A DNA stretch of 64,000 nt from an uncultured virus (IMG/VR IMGVR_UViG_3300020564_000003) (Duplodnaviria; Heunggongvirae; Uroviricota; Caudoviricetes): IMG/VR virus record IMGVR_UViG_3300020564_000003; one strand, 5' to 3'. Position 1 is the first letter of the stretch. Each line of letters begins with the position of its first letter. The position numbers and the translations under genes were made by a program. A model generated the notes under the pieces. It was not told the origin of the DNA, made no database searches, and worked only from the letters and a program-made list of their open reading frames with translations. This document shows, piece by piece, positions 35,465 to 44,660 of this stretch.

Positions 35465-36070
35465 ATGCGTGGTAACAAAGTACAGGGGCGTTTTAAAATT
35501 GACTTTGAAAGTAAGTCAATGGATGAGGGCATGGTTGATGACCTTCGTGACCCTGTTGGTACCACCGTATCCTGGTGGGTATGGGACCAAGACTACTTAG
35601 ATGCAAATCCAAACCTAGTTGTTGATGACATCTACGATGTCTCAAGTACCACTCCTGGAGAAGGACGTCGTTGGAAGAACCCATTTGAACTGCCTGTAAT
35701 TATGGCTCAACAGATGCGCTCTACAAACGTTATGAACGAACGAGGCTTCTACGTCACAGATACTCTGCGCCTTGTTGTGTCGGTTTCTGATGTAAACATA
35801 CTTCTTCCAGATATGATTACAAACCCAACGACCCACATTAAAGATAGAATTGCATTCCAACAAAAAGTATTTGTTCCTACACGGGTTATGCCACGTGGAC
35901 GGTATAAAGAGCGCTATTCTGTAGTCACCATTGACTGCAACCAGGTTAACGCCGAAGAGCTTGTCAATGACCCACAGTTCCAAAGCTACGCCTCACCAAG
36001 CGTTGGTTCTGGAAATGGTGTACTCGGTTATGGTGTTGGACTTTATGGTAGCTATGGATATGGAAGGTAA
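35465..36070 (+). CDS. Probable head-closure/neck protein
   Basis: Position before the tail genes; 201 aa; leaderless-type start. Confidence 0.5.
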   Translation: MRGNKVQGRFKIDFESKSMDEGMVDDLRDPVGTTVSWWVWDQDYLDANPNLVVDDIYDVSSTTPGEGRRWKNPFELPVIMAQQMRSTNVMNERGFYVTDTLRLVVSVSDVNILLPDMITNPTTHIKDRIAFQQKVFVPTRVMPRGRYKERYSVVTIDCNQVNAEELVNDPQFQSYASPSVGSGNGVLGYGVGLYGSYGYGR

Positions 36071-36075
36071 TAATT

Positions 36076-36327
36076 ATGCCGTTAAATAAACCTGTTGATG
36101 GAGAGCTTAACTGGGATGTAAAACTAAATACTGCACTTGATTATTTAGATGCGCAAACTATTTTAAAAGCACCTATTGCATCTCCAACCTTTACTGGAAA
36201 AGTAAACCTTACTAATACGACTGCACCTACTGCCAATATGACAGGTGGAGGAATTTTGTATGTAGAAGCTGGAGCTCTGAAGTACAGAGGCTCTTCAGGA
36301 ACGATTACAACGATTGGACCAGCATAA
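36076..36327 (+). CDS. Small virion protein
   Basis: P..G..NWDVKLN.AL N-terminus and [21 protein letters not shown]-terminus, both seen in actinophage tail proteins. Confidence 0.6.
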   Translation: MPLNKPVDGELNWDVKLNTALDYLDAQTILKAPIASPTFTGKVNLTNTTAPTANMTGGGILYVEAGALKYRGSSGTITTIGPA

Positions 36328-36452
36328 TGTCAGAGTTTGAAGATGACATCATTGAGGATGTTGACTTTGAAGATTTTGAGCCTGAGCTAGATGAAGACCT
36401 GTTTGATGAGGACTTTGACTTTGAAGACGACGAAGAAGAGGAAGACGAATGA
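36327..36452 (+). CDS. Extremely acidic micro-protein (41 aa)
   Basis: [46 protein letters not shown] coupling. Confidence 0.55.
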   Translation: MSEFEDDIIEDVDFEDFEPELDEDLFDEDFDFEDDEEEEDE

Positions 36453-36467
36453 GACCAGAATGTAAAT

Positions 36468-36722
36468 GTGGCAACTGTGGCTGCGGCAAAAAAGACCCAA
36501 GCTAAGGTTGAAAAGCCAGTAACTTTGGCTATCAAGGTCCCAGGCAAGCCTGCACGGGAAACGCATAAGATTTCTAAGAACAAAAAAGGTGAGGTCATTG
36601 TTGACCATACCAACCGTGACAAAGGCACTTACGACAAGATTAACCTGACAAAGAAGGCTGGCGCTAAAACAATTAAGCAAGGCGTTAAAGCAACTAAAGA
36701 TTGGCATAAGACAAATGGCTAA
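36468..36722 (+). CDS. Small basic protein
   Basis: Lys-rich 84 aa ORF; start uncertain. Confidence 0.55.
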   Translation: MATVAAAKKTQAKVEKPVTLAIKVPGKPARETHKISKNKKGEVIVDHTNRDKGTYDKINLTKKAGAKTIKQGVKATKDWHKTNG

Positions 36723-36852
36723 AGGACCTTGTTGGGATGGCTATGTTCAAGTAGGCATGAAGATGAAGAACGGTAAGAAAGTGCCAAACTGTGTTCCTGA
36801 AGGTTCTGGTAAGAAAAAAATCGCTAAACCTAAAAAGAAAGTGAGCAAGTAA
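36715..36852 (+). CDS. Small basic protein with CWxGY...VPNCVP motif (45 aa)
   Basis: MAKGPCWDGYVQVGMKMKNGKKVPNCVPEGSGKKK... Confidence 0.7.
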   Translation: MAKGPCWDGYVQVGMKMKNGKKVPNCVPEGSGKKKIAKPKKKVSK

Positions 36853-37038
36853 ATGTGTGCAGCATGTGGATGTGGTAAGAAAAAGGGCGAGCCAGGTTTT
36901 GGCAAAGGCCCAAAGAAGACTGCTAAGAAAGCGGCTTCTAAAGGGATGTCACCAAAGCAGAAGAAGCTTGATGCAGACAAAGACGGCAAGCTAGAAGGCT
37001 CTGACTTCGCTGCCCTTCGCAAGAAGAAGAAGAAGTAA
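36853..37038 (+). CDS. Small basic protein with CxxCGC and EF-hand-like DADKDGKLEGSDF
   Basis: 61 aa; abuts previous stop. Confidence 0.65.
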   Translation: MCAACGCGKKKGEPGFGKGPKKTAKKAASKGMSPKQKKLDADKDGKLEGSDFAALRKKKKK

Positions 37039-37166
37039 TGTGCGCCACCTGTGGCTGCGCTAAGCCAAAAGATAAGCACGGCATGAAGACCCTTGCTGCA
37101 GCAAACAAGAAGTTTGCTAAAAAAGATAGCAGCAAAAAGTCCAAACCAAAGCCAAAGGGGAAGTAA
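37038..37166 (+). CDS. Small basic CxxCGC protein (42 aa)
   Basis: MCATCGCAKPKDKHGMKT...; TAATG coupling on both sides. Confidence 0.6.
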   Translation: MCATCGCAKPKDKHGMKTLAAANKKFAKKDSSKKSKPKPKGK

Positions 37167-37342
37167 TGTCAAAGTACACAAAAGCCTCTGACAAAAAGCA
37201 GGACGCTAAGACCACTAAAGGTCTTAGTAAAGAGGAAAAAGCCAAGTTTGAAAAAATGGACAAGAAACATCGTAAACCTAAGTCTCAAGAAGACGATACA
37301 AAGATGGATAAGGCCCTAGTTAAAAAGATTAAAAAGAAGTAA
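37166..37342 (+). CDS. Small Lys-rich protein (58 aa)
   Basis: MSKYTKASDKKQD...KKIKKK; ends just before a terminator. Confidence 0.6.
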   Translation: MSKYTKASDKKQDAKTTKGLSKEEKAKFEKMDKKHRKPKSQEDDTKMDKALVKKIKKK

Positions 37343-37348
37343 GTAGTT

Positions 37349-37375
37349 AGGCCCCGAAAGGGGCCTTTCTTCTTT
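37349..37375 (+). terminator. Intrinsic terminator
   Basis: aggcccc-gaaa-ggggcct followed by ttcttcttt. Confidence 0.8.
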
Positions 37376-37482
37376 ATCATAGGTTTATCAGTAACCCGCT
37401 GCGGGCCTGTGCAGTCCCAACTGCTTGCGTTGTATAAGGGGTTTATCCATGTTGCTTTGCCTTACCAAAAAAAAGGTACACA

Positions 37483-37800
37483 ATGGCTGACACCCACGCT
37501 CATACATCGCTAGATAAGAGCAGTCACGAAACTGCTAAGTATCTCTCCTCACACCTCCGTAATGAAGCTACCGCAGCTGGCTGGCCTGACCATATCGTTA
37601 AGGGTATGAAGGTCCATTACCACGAAGGTGAATTTAAAATTTCCGCTAATAAAAAGCACACCAAGCAGATTAATGACTTGGAATACGGCACCCAAAATAG
37701 CCGTCCTACCGCAGCTATGCGACGTTTTTCTAACAACACCTCTGAAGCTGAAGAGTTCCTTGTAGGTAGAATGCTAAAGCACATGGGAGGCGAACTATGA
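37483..37800 (+). CDS. Probable neck/tail-completion protein
   Basis: DLEYGT motif; position before tail terminator and sheath. Confidence 0.5.
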   Translation: MADTHAHTSLDKSSHETAKYLSSHLRNEATAAGWPDHIVKGMKVHYHEGEFKISANKKHTKQINDLEYGTQNSRPTAAMRRFSNNTSEAEEFLVGRMLKHMGGEL

Positions 37801-38462
37801 CCTTTCTTCTTTCAGAAGACGAAGCTTTGCGTAATCTTCTTTTGGGTATGACCGTAGTTGACCAAAAGTCAACTAATGACAATACCTCCCGCAGTGTAAA
37901 AGTTTATTTTGGGCAACCTGACCAAGAAATCCGTGAGCAATCATATCCTTATGTCACAATTGACATGATTGACATCGCAGAAGACCCTGCACGTGCTCAT
38001 CGTGGACTAGTAAAACCAGACTACTTGCCAAACCCAACGAGTTCTCCGTCAGGAACTGGAACGTACGATGCGGACGAGAACGATTGGTACATTCACTACC
38101 CTATTCCTGTAAATATTGATTACCAAGTGACTACCTACTCTCGTCAACCGCGACACGACCGTCAAATCTTGGCGCAAATGCTCACAAATAAAATTCCAAT
38201 GCGGTTTGCTGTATTGGAGCCAGATGATGGAACAGTCCGTCGTCTAGACCTTCTGGATGTCTCAAAGCGAGACGTTACAGAGCAAGGAAAGCGTTTATTT
38301 ATGAACGCTTTTACAGTGAGAGTCTCATCCGAGATTGCCTCACAAACCTATACAAAAGTGTATAAAACGTTGCAGGTTATCGGCACTGGCACAACTGGAG
38401 AGTTTGTTCAAGGACAAACTACATCTCCGTTTGATGCCGCTTATCCATGGACTAATTCGTAA
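37797..38462 (+). CDS. Probable tail terminator protein
   Basis: GGAGG RBS; YPYVTI, P.PVNIDYQV motifs; immediately before sheath. Confidence 0.6.
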   Translation: MTFLLSEDEALRNLLLGMTVVDQKSTNDNTSRSVKVYFGQPDQEIREQSYPYVTIDMIDIAEDPARAHRGLVKPDYLPNPTSSPSGTGTYDADENDWYIHYPIPVNIDYQVTTYSRQPRHDRQILAQMLTNKIPMRFAVLEPDDGTVRRLDLLDVSKRDVTEQGKRLFMNAFTVRVSSEIASQTYTKVYKTLQVIGTGTTGEFVQGQTTSPFDAAYPWTNS

Positions 38463-38500
38463 TAACACGGAACCCCTACCCAACTAGTTAGGAGAAAACA

Positions 38501-40057
38501 ATGGCTTATAGCCGTCCAGGTGTTTACATTAGTGAGCGCCTACTACCCGCACCAATTGGAACTGGAGCTGAAGCTAACGCTGCAGGTGCAATTGCTGCAC
38601 CATTTGCTCAAGGTCCAGAAATTGTAACTCTTGTTAATTCTTGGTATGAATTTACCAAGTATTTTGGAGGATACAACAACGCATACCCATCTACTTTTGG
38701 AGTTGCTCAATTCTTCGCCAATGGTGGTCGTGAGTTATACGTAAAGCGTATTCTCTCATCAAACGCATCTAGCGCTGCAGTGACAGTATCTACTGCTGGT
38801 TCAGTAGCTGTTTTTACTGCTACAGCTAGGAACCGTGGCTCAGACGGAACTAACCTTCGTATACAAGTTGAAGCTGGAACTGTTGCTGGTACTTACACGC
38901 TAACTCTTACTAGAGAGACTGTGTCAGGAACTGCTTCAAACACTGCTAACGATATTCTTCTTGAGCGTTATGAGAACGTTATTTTTGACCCATCATTTTC
39001 AACCAGCTCAGATTACGCAAACAATGTAATTAACAATACTTCTGCGTACATCACTATTGCCAACAATGCTGCTGGTGTACCTGCTTCAGGTATCTACCCA
39101 CTTACAGTTGGCGGCTCACCAGTAAATGGTGGAGATGGTGCAACAGTGGTTGCATCTGACTACACCTCTTATGCTGCAACATCAACTGCCGTTTGGAACG
39201 AGTTCAACTTCGTAAATCGTCCTCTAGTTATCTTTACACCAAACATCTACGATGTAGTTCCAACCTCTACCGCAACAGTTACAGCCGCAGCATCAGCATG
39301 GGCTGAAGCTAACAACGGCTTTTACGTTGCAGAAACAGCTGCTGGCCTAACTGTGGATGCTGCAATCGCTGTAGCTCAAGCACTCAGTGGCAAGAGCTCA
39401 ACTGCTATGTACTACCCACACGCTTACATCGCAGACCCAGTTGGTCGTGGAAACGGCGCACTTCGTTTGGTAGGTCCTTCAGGAGCAGTTGTAGGAAGAT
39501 ACCTAGCAACAGATGCAAGCATCGGCGTGTTTAAAGCACCTGCTGGTCTACGAAGCCCAGTTGCTGGAATGGTTGCTCTTGAGCGCGTATTCACAACAGC
39601 TGAGCTAGACCGAATGAACGTTGGCTTGCCAGCAACAGGAACAGGCTCAGTTGCACCAATTAATCCTCTGCGTCAGATTCCTGGCGCAGGAATTGTAGTT
39701 ATGGGTGCTCGCACTCTGCTACAAGATGGAACTGCAAACCGTTATGTAAATATGCGTCGTTCTTTGATTTACATCAAAGCACGTCTAAAGGCTCTAACTG
39801 AGTTTGCAATCTTTGAAAACAATGATGAGCGCCTATGGTCACAAATCAACGGTGTCATTGATTCATTCCTTAATGAGTACCGCAATCAAGGAGGTCTTCG
39901 TGGAGGACCTGCACAAGCTTACTTCATCAAGTGCGACGCAGAAAACAACCCTGCAAACCTAATCGCTCAAGGTGAAGTCCACATTGAAGTTGGCGTTGCA
40001 CTGCAGTACCCTGCAGAGTTCATCGTCATTGACCTCAGCCAAAAGACGCTGAACTAA
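38501..40057 (+). CDS. Tail sheath protein
   Basis: RPGVYI.E, FFANGG, GVFKAPAG, GARTL, YVNMRR, FENND..LW, PAEFIVI. Confidence 0.95.
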   Translation: MAYSRPGVYISERLLPAPIGTGAEANAAGAIAAPFAQGPEIVTLVNSWYEFTKYFGGYNNAYPSTFGVAQFFANGGRELYVKRILSSNASSAAVTVSTAGSVAVFTATARNRGSDGTNLRIQVEAGTVAGTYTLTLTRETVSGTASNTANDILLERYENVIFDPSFSTSSDYANNVINNTSAYITIANNAAGVPASGIYPLTVGGSPVNGGDGATVVASDYTSYAATSTAVWNEFNFVNRPLVIFTPNIYDVVPTSTATVTAAASAWAEANNGFYVAETAAGLTVDAAIAVAQALSGKSSTAMYYPHAYIADPVGRGNGALRLVGPSGAVVGRYLATDASIGVFKAPAGLRSPVAGMVALERVFTTAELDRMNVGLPATGTGSVAPINPLRQIPGAGIVVMGARTLLQDGTANRYVNMRRSLIYIKARLKALTEFAIFENNDERLWSQINGVIDSFLNEYRNQGGLRGGPAQAYFIKCDAENNPANLIAQGEVHIEVGVALQYPAEFIVIDLSQKTLN

Positions 40058-40075
40058 CCAAGGAGATAATAAATT

Positions 40076-40762
40076 ATGGCTACCATAACTAACAATCGCT
40101 CAAGCCTATTGACAGACCCATTACGTAACTTTAGGTTTTTGGTTACGTTTAAACAACAGACTGGCGCAAGCGCCGCAACTAAAGCGTTAGCTGAAACCAC
40201 TGCTGTTATGGGTTTTACATCTGTATCGGGAATGGCTGTAACAACAGACTCTATTCCTTACCGTGAAGGCGGTTACAACACTACTGTTCACCAAATTCCA
40301 GGGCAAACAACCTTTGCTCCTATCACTCTACAGCGTGGAATGATTCTTGGAACTGCCAAAAACTGGAATTGGATGCGAGAGCTGTTTGCCACAGTTCAAG
40401 GTGGTGCAGGTTCACGTGGAGTTAAAGAAAACTTCCGTTGCGACCTAGAAATCGCAGTTCTGTCTCACCCAATCCCAGGCGTTGGAACCGAAGGAAGTGG
40501 CGATACCACCCTACCAACAGACCACGTAGCTATGCGCTTTAAGGTGTATAACTGCTGGCCTACCTCAGTTGCTTACTCAGACCTAAATGCAGGAGATAAC
40601 GCTCTGTTCGTAGAACAGATGACACTCGTACACGAAGGTTTTGACGTTAACTTTGCAACTGACCTTGAAAGCAGTGCACCAACTGATTTTGGTTTGGCTG
40701 GAACACCAGCTACTTCCCAGCTTGTCGGTGGCGGTGGCGGAAGAGTACAGCTCGTCAATTAA
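40076..40762 (+). CDS. Tail tube protein (T4 gp19-like)
   Basis: DPLRNFRFLV, YREGG, ITLQRG, NCWP, LNA, EQMTLVHEG. Confidence 0.92.
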   Translation: MATITNNRSSLLTDPLRNFRFLVTFKQQTGASAATKALAETTAVMGFTSVSGMAVTTDSIPYREGGYNTTVHQIPGQTTFAPITLQRGMILGTAKNWNWMRELFATVQGGAGSRGVKENFRCDLEIAVLSHPIPGVGTEGSGDTTLPTDHVAMRFKVYNCWPTSVAYSDLNAGDNALFVEQMTLVHEGFDVNFATDLESSAPTDFGLAGTPATSQLVGGGGGRVQLVN

Positions 40763-40788
40763 TTACAACAATCTAACAAAGGAATAAA

Positions 40789-41604
40789 ATGACAACGAAA
40801 ACAATCAATGCAGCGGCTAATCCCGCAATGGCTAACAATCTCATAAACCAAGTCATGAATGAGCAGATTGAAGACAGTTTCAATCCGCAAATTAAATCTC
40901 CTGTGGATACTACGGTGGAACTTCCTGGCGGATACATAACATCCGCTGGGGAGCTCCTCCGTACCGCAGAGGTGCGAGAGCTAAACGGACGCGATGAAGA
41001 GGCAATTGCTAAAGCAACAACTGTAGGAAAAGCTCTATCAGCAATAATTCAACGTGGAACGGTTTCTGTTGGAAGTATCAAAGCCGAAGAAGCTGTTTTA
41101 GACCAATTGCTAGCAGGAGACTTAGATGCTCTTCTACTTGGAATTATCAAAGCAACTTTTGGAGTAGATATTGAAATACCTTCTTACTGCGATAAGTGCG
41201 AAGACTACAAGATTGTTACTGTAGATTTGAACGAAGATGTAAAAGTTAAAATTTTAACAGACCCAATTAATGACCGTGTTTTTACTGTAAAAGGAAAGAA
41301 AGATGTTTTTACAATCTCTCTACCTGATGGTGCTACACAAAAGGCTTTAATTAAAAACGCTGAAAAAACAGAGGCAGAACAAACAACCGTTTTGCTTGAA
41401 CACTGCGTACTAAAGATTAACGACAACCCTGTCTATAGCCCATTACAAGTGCAAAACCTTGGAATGGTAGACAGAAAGAACATCGTTAAAGAGATTAATA
41501 AGCGAGTACCTGGACCTCAGTTTACTGACCTACAAGTTACGTGCCCTGAGTGTGAAGGCGAGGTAACGGTATCCATTAATTTGGGAACCTTGTTTCGCTT
41601 GTAG
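40789..41604 (+). CDS. Tail/baseplate-hub assembly chaperone
   Basis: VRELNGRDEE, GD.DALL, CxxC...CPEC; between tube and tape measure. Confidence 0.75.
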   Translation: MTTKTINAAANPAMANNLINQVMNEQIEDSFNPQIKSPVDTTVELPGGYITSAGELLRTAEVRELNGRDEEAIAKATTVGKALSAIIQRGTVSVGSIKAEEAVLDQLLAGDLDALLLGIIKATFGVDIEIPSYCDKCEDYKIVTVDLNEDVKVKILTDPINDRVFTVKGKKDVFTISLPDGATQKALIKNAEKTEAEQTTVLLEHCVLKINDNPVYSPLQVQNLGMVDRKNIVKEINKRVPGPQFTDLQVTCPECEGEVTVSINLGTLFRL

Positions 41605-41764
41605 TTATACCTCGTACTTAGAACTGTTCTCACAGTGGGCAGCAATAAGTGCAAATCATGAAGGATGGACACTATCTGATATAAAAGATATGTCAGTAAG
41701 AGAGAGAAAAAATTGGCTAGAACTAGCCAAGGCAAAGGCAGAAAGGACAAGTAGTGGCATTTAA
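41594..41764 (+). CDS. Start-less +1-frame extension of the tail assembly chaperone (probable frameshift product)
   Basis: FACSYTSYLELFSQWAAISANHEGWTLSDIKDMSVRERKNWLELAK...; no ATG/GTG/TTG before the conserved-looking GWTLS motif. Confidence 0.65.
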   Translation, partial: FACSYTSYLELFSQWAAISANHEGWTLSDIKDMSVRERKNWLELAKAKAERTSSGI

Positions 41765-44660
41765 CTTTATGGGTAATGTGAAAACGCTTACCTCCTCTGT
41801 CACCTCCCTTAAAAAAGAGCTCTCTGGTGTCTATGACGTCTTAAAAAAGATTAAAGGACTTGGACCATCAGCATTTGGGGACGTCAATGCGGTTCTTTCC
41901 AAAAGCGGTCAGTTTGGTAATGGGCAAGGAACGCCTGTATTTGGAAAAACAGCTATAAATGGTGCGCCAAAGTTTTCAAACCAAACACCGATGGCAGCAG
42001 CTAAGCCTGCGTCAAATGCGCAGCAAGCAAACTACGAAAGCACTTCCGAAAGAATAAACAGTGCGTACCTAGACGTCGGTATACGACAAGCCTCATTCGG
42101 TAAGATGGCTGCAGGAGCTCAGATAGCAACGGCTATTGTTGGTGGGTTCTCAAGTATGCTTCCAGACGTTGGAGCAGTAGCACAACGAGCTGGTTCTTTT
42201 TACGGTTCTTCAGCTATGTTTGGTGGAAGTAATAGAACTCAAAACCAATTAAGCACAATGGCAGCCATGAAGGGCGGCATCACAGGCCCTATGGGTACTG
42301 CCGAAGCTTTTGGTACATTTACTAACTACAGCTTTATGCCTGGTAGTTCAAACATGAAGATGGGCTTGGAACAAACCAGCGCAGCAGCAAAAGCATTGAA
42401 TATGGACAACGCAGCTGCTTCATCTGCAATTGGAGCGTTGTCTACAGGAAGTATGGGAGCTCAGCTCTACCAGTACGGTATTAACCAGTACGACACAAAA
42501 GGTAACTTGCGCACACCTGGCGCTATAGCAAAAGACCTTATGAAAAACGTCTTTTATGCTGGAAAAGATGTAACTAAAATTGGTGCAGAACAATTTGCAA
42601 GAGACTCTATGGGTATGAACCTTGATTACCAACTATCTACTATGGGTATTACAGGTGAAACAGCAACTTTAATAAAAGCTTCAATGGGACAAATCGCTTC
42701 AGGAAAAAGTGGCGAATTAAAAGATATGAAAACATCTGATAATCCTCTTAATCCTTTCTACAGGATTAATGACTCAGAAGAAAGTCTTACTCAAGATTCC
42801 GAAAAAGGCCTGTTAAAAGGAGCGGAAACTGCAGCAGGGGCTTTAGAGAAACTAAATAAAGCTTTAGAACAGACACCTGAATTAATCTTGCAAATGAAGG
42901 GCGCACTGCAAACCTTCAATGGAACAAAATCAGGCAGTGGCTTAACGGGTACGGTTACAAGCGTACTCACAGGACTTGGAGCATGGAAGGCAGCATCTGC
43001 AGCTAAGGCTGCCCTTACTGCTGCAAAAGCTGGTGGTGCAGCCGCAACTACTTCAGCGGCTACTGCTGCTACCGCTACTACAGCAGCCACTACAGCAGCT
43101 GCCGCTACAGGAACTGCTGCTACTGCTACTACAGCAGCTACTGCTGCATCTGCTGCAACTGCAGCAGCAACAGCTAGAGCAGCTAGATTAGCTACGTTAG
43201 CTAAAGTTGCTAAAGGTGCAACTGTTGCAGGAGTTGTTGCGATGGCGGGAGGCTATGCTGGTGACAAAATAAAAGGAGATTCAGAAAAAGGTAGCTTAAG
43301 AAGTCGTGCTGGAAATGCAGCCAAATGGGGAGCAACTGCGTTCGGTGCAACAGCGCTGATAAATGCTATACCTGGTATTGGCAATGTCAGTTCTGCAGCG
43401 ATTACAGCGTTAGCTGCAGGTGCAGGATTTATAATGGGTGGACCAACAACTGGGTTCTCTTCTTCAGCGGGTTCCCAAGTAAACGCATTTACATTTAATT
43501 CTGGCTCTCAACCTATGGCTTATGGTGCTTTAGCTGCTTCAATGGGTTCAACTTCTCTCTCTAAACAAATGGGAGCTGGGTTTGGCGCAAAAGACTCGTC
43601 ATTAACCATGGTTGGAGCTCTGAACTATCACACAGGTCAAGACACCCCTATGCCAACTGGTACGCCTGTCTATGCTCGTTTTCCTGGAAAAGTAGTAACT
43701 AGAAACTTAAGTAGAGATTTAGGTATTGCAGTAGAAGTAGACCATGGAGATGGATACTCATCTATTTACGGTCACTTAAACTTAAAGTCAGTTCGTTCTG
43801 GTCAAGAAATTAAAGTTGGAGATTTAATTGGTAAATCTGGTTCCACAGGCAACGTTCGCGGTCCTCACTTACACTTTGAATTACGCAAAGGAAAAGTACC
43901 TACTGACCCTAACGGTTACTACCCAGCTACTCCAGGCGGCGATGGAAAGAAAAACACAGCTTCTAGCGCAGCGGGTGGGTCTCCTACTGCGTCTGCATCA
44001 CCTACGGCTGCTGCTGTTGGGGAAGGTGTTAGAGCAAATGCTAAAGAGATACACGCTTGGCTTATGGCTCAAGGCCTAAGCCACAATGGAGCCACTGGCG
44101 TGGTCGGTAACTTAATCCAAGAATCTGGTCTGCGTACTGGAGCGGTTGGAGATGGCGGAACTTCTTTTGGAATTGCTCAATGGCATAAGGGCCGTGGAGA
44201 TGCGCTAAAGAAATTTGCTGTCTCTAAAGGCATGAGTTACCTAGATATTGAACTTCAAAAAATGTTTTTGTTAAAAGAAATGAAAACGTACGGTTCAATG
44301 ATGAAAAAGTTAAAAGACCCTAATGTCTCAATTATGGATGCTGCAAGAGTCTTTATGACAGATTTTGAGCGACCAAAAGACCAAAGTGATAAAGCTGCTT
44401 CTACACGAGCAAGCCTTGGAATTGGCGCAATGCAAGGTGGTCCAACAGATGGGTTTAACACAAATGTTATTAATGCAAAGCCGTATGAGATGTCCCTTCC
44501 CACCGCAAGAGGTAAAGGAACTTCACAGGGTGACACAAATAACATCTACGTTACCTTACAGATACAGCAGGCTAATCAGCATGAAGCAGAAGCTTTTGCA
44601 AAAACTTTGAAAAAGTATCTTGAAAAAGACAATAAACTTGAGAAGATAGGAAGCAACTAA
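41754..44660 (+). CDS. Tape measure protein with M23 peptidase and phage-tail lysozyme domains
   Basis: Ala/Gly-rich helical body; HTGQD...YGHL...GPHLHFE; GNLIQESGL...GIAQW...FERP. Confidence 0.85.
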   Translation: MAFNFMGNVKTLTSSVTSLKKELSGVYDVLKKIKGLGPSAFGDVNAVLSKSGQFGNGQGTPVFGKTAINGAPKFSNQTPMAAAKPASNAQQANYESTSERINSAYLDVGIRQASFGKMAAGAQIATAIVGGFSSMLPDVGAVAQRAGSFYGSSAMFGGSNRTQNQLSTMAAMKGGITGPMGTAEAFGTFTNYSFMPGSSNMKMGLEQTSAAAKALNMDNAAASSAIGALSTGSMGAQLYQYGINQYDTKGNLRTPGAIAKDLMKNVFYAGKDVTKIGAEQFARDSMGMNLDYQLSTMGITGETATLIKASMGQIASGKSGELKDMKTSDNPLNPFYRINDSEESLTQDSEKGLLKGAETAAGALEKLNKALEQTPELILQMKGALQTFNGTKSGSGLTGTVTSVLTGLGAWKAASAAKAALTAAKAGGAAATTSAATAATATTAATTAAAATGTAATATTAATAASAATAAATARAARLATLAKVAKGATVAGVVAMAGGYAGDKIKGDSEKGSLRSRAGNAAKWGATAFGATALINAIPGIGNVSSAAITALAAGAGFIMGGPTTGFSSSAGSQVNAFTFNSGSQPMAYGALAASMGSTSLSKQMGAGFGAKDSSLTMVGALNYHTGQDTPMPTGTPVYARFPGKVVTRNLSRDLGIAVEVDHGDGYSSIYGHLNLKSVRSGQEIKVGDLIGKSGSTGNVRGPHLHFELRKGKVPTDPNGYYPATPGGDGKKNTASSAAGGSPTASASPTAAAVGEGVRANAKEIHAWLMAQGLSHNGATGVVGNLIQESGLRTGAVGDGGTSFGIAQWHKGRGDALKKFAVSKGMSYLDIELQKMFLLKEMKTYGSMMKKLKDPNVSIMDAARVFMTDFERPKDQSDKAASTRASLGIGAMQGGPTDGFNTNVINAKPYEMSLPTARGKGTSQGDTNNIYVTLQIQQANQHEAEAFAKTLKKYLEKDNKLEKIGSN

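Noticed and set aside
37380..37480. Possible ncRNA or tRNA in the gap before the neck genes
   Set aside because: Only short hairpins (cccgc/gcggg, gcagt/actgc); no cloverleaf, T-loop or recognisable family.
43010..43200. Ala/Thr low-complexity tract in the tape measure gene as a separate element
   Set aside because: In-frame linker-like gct/act expansion with no independent signals.
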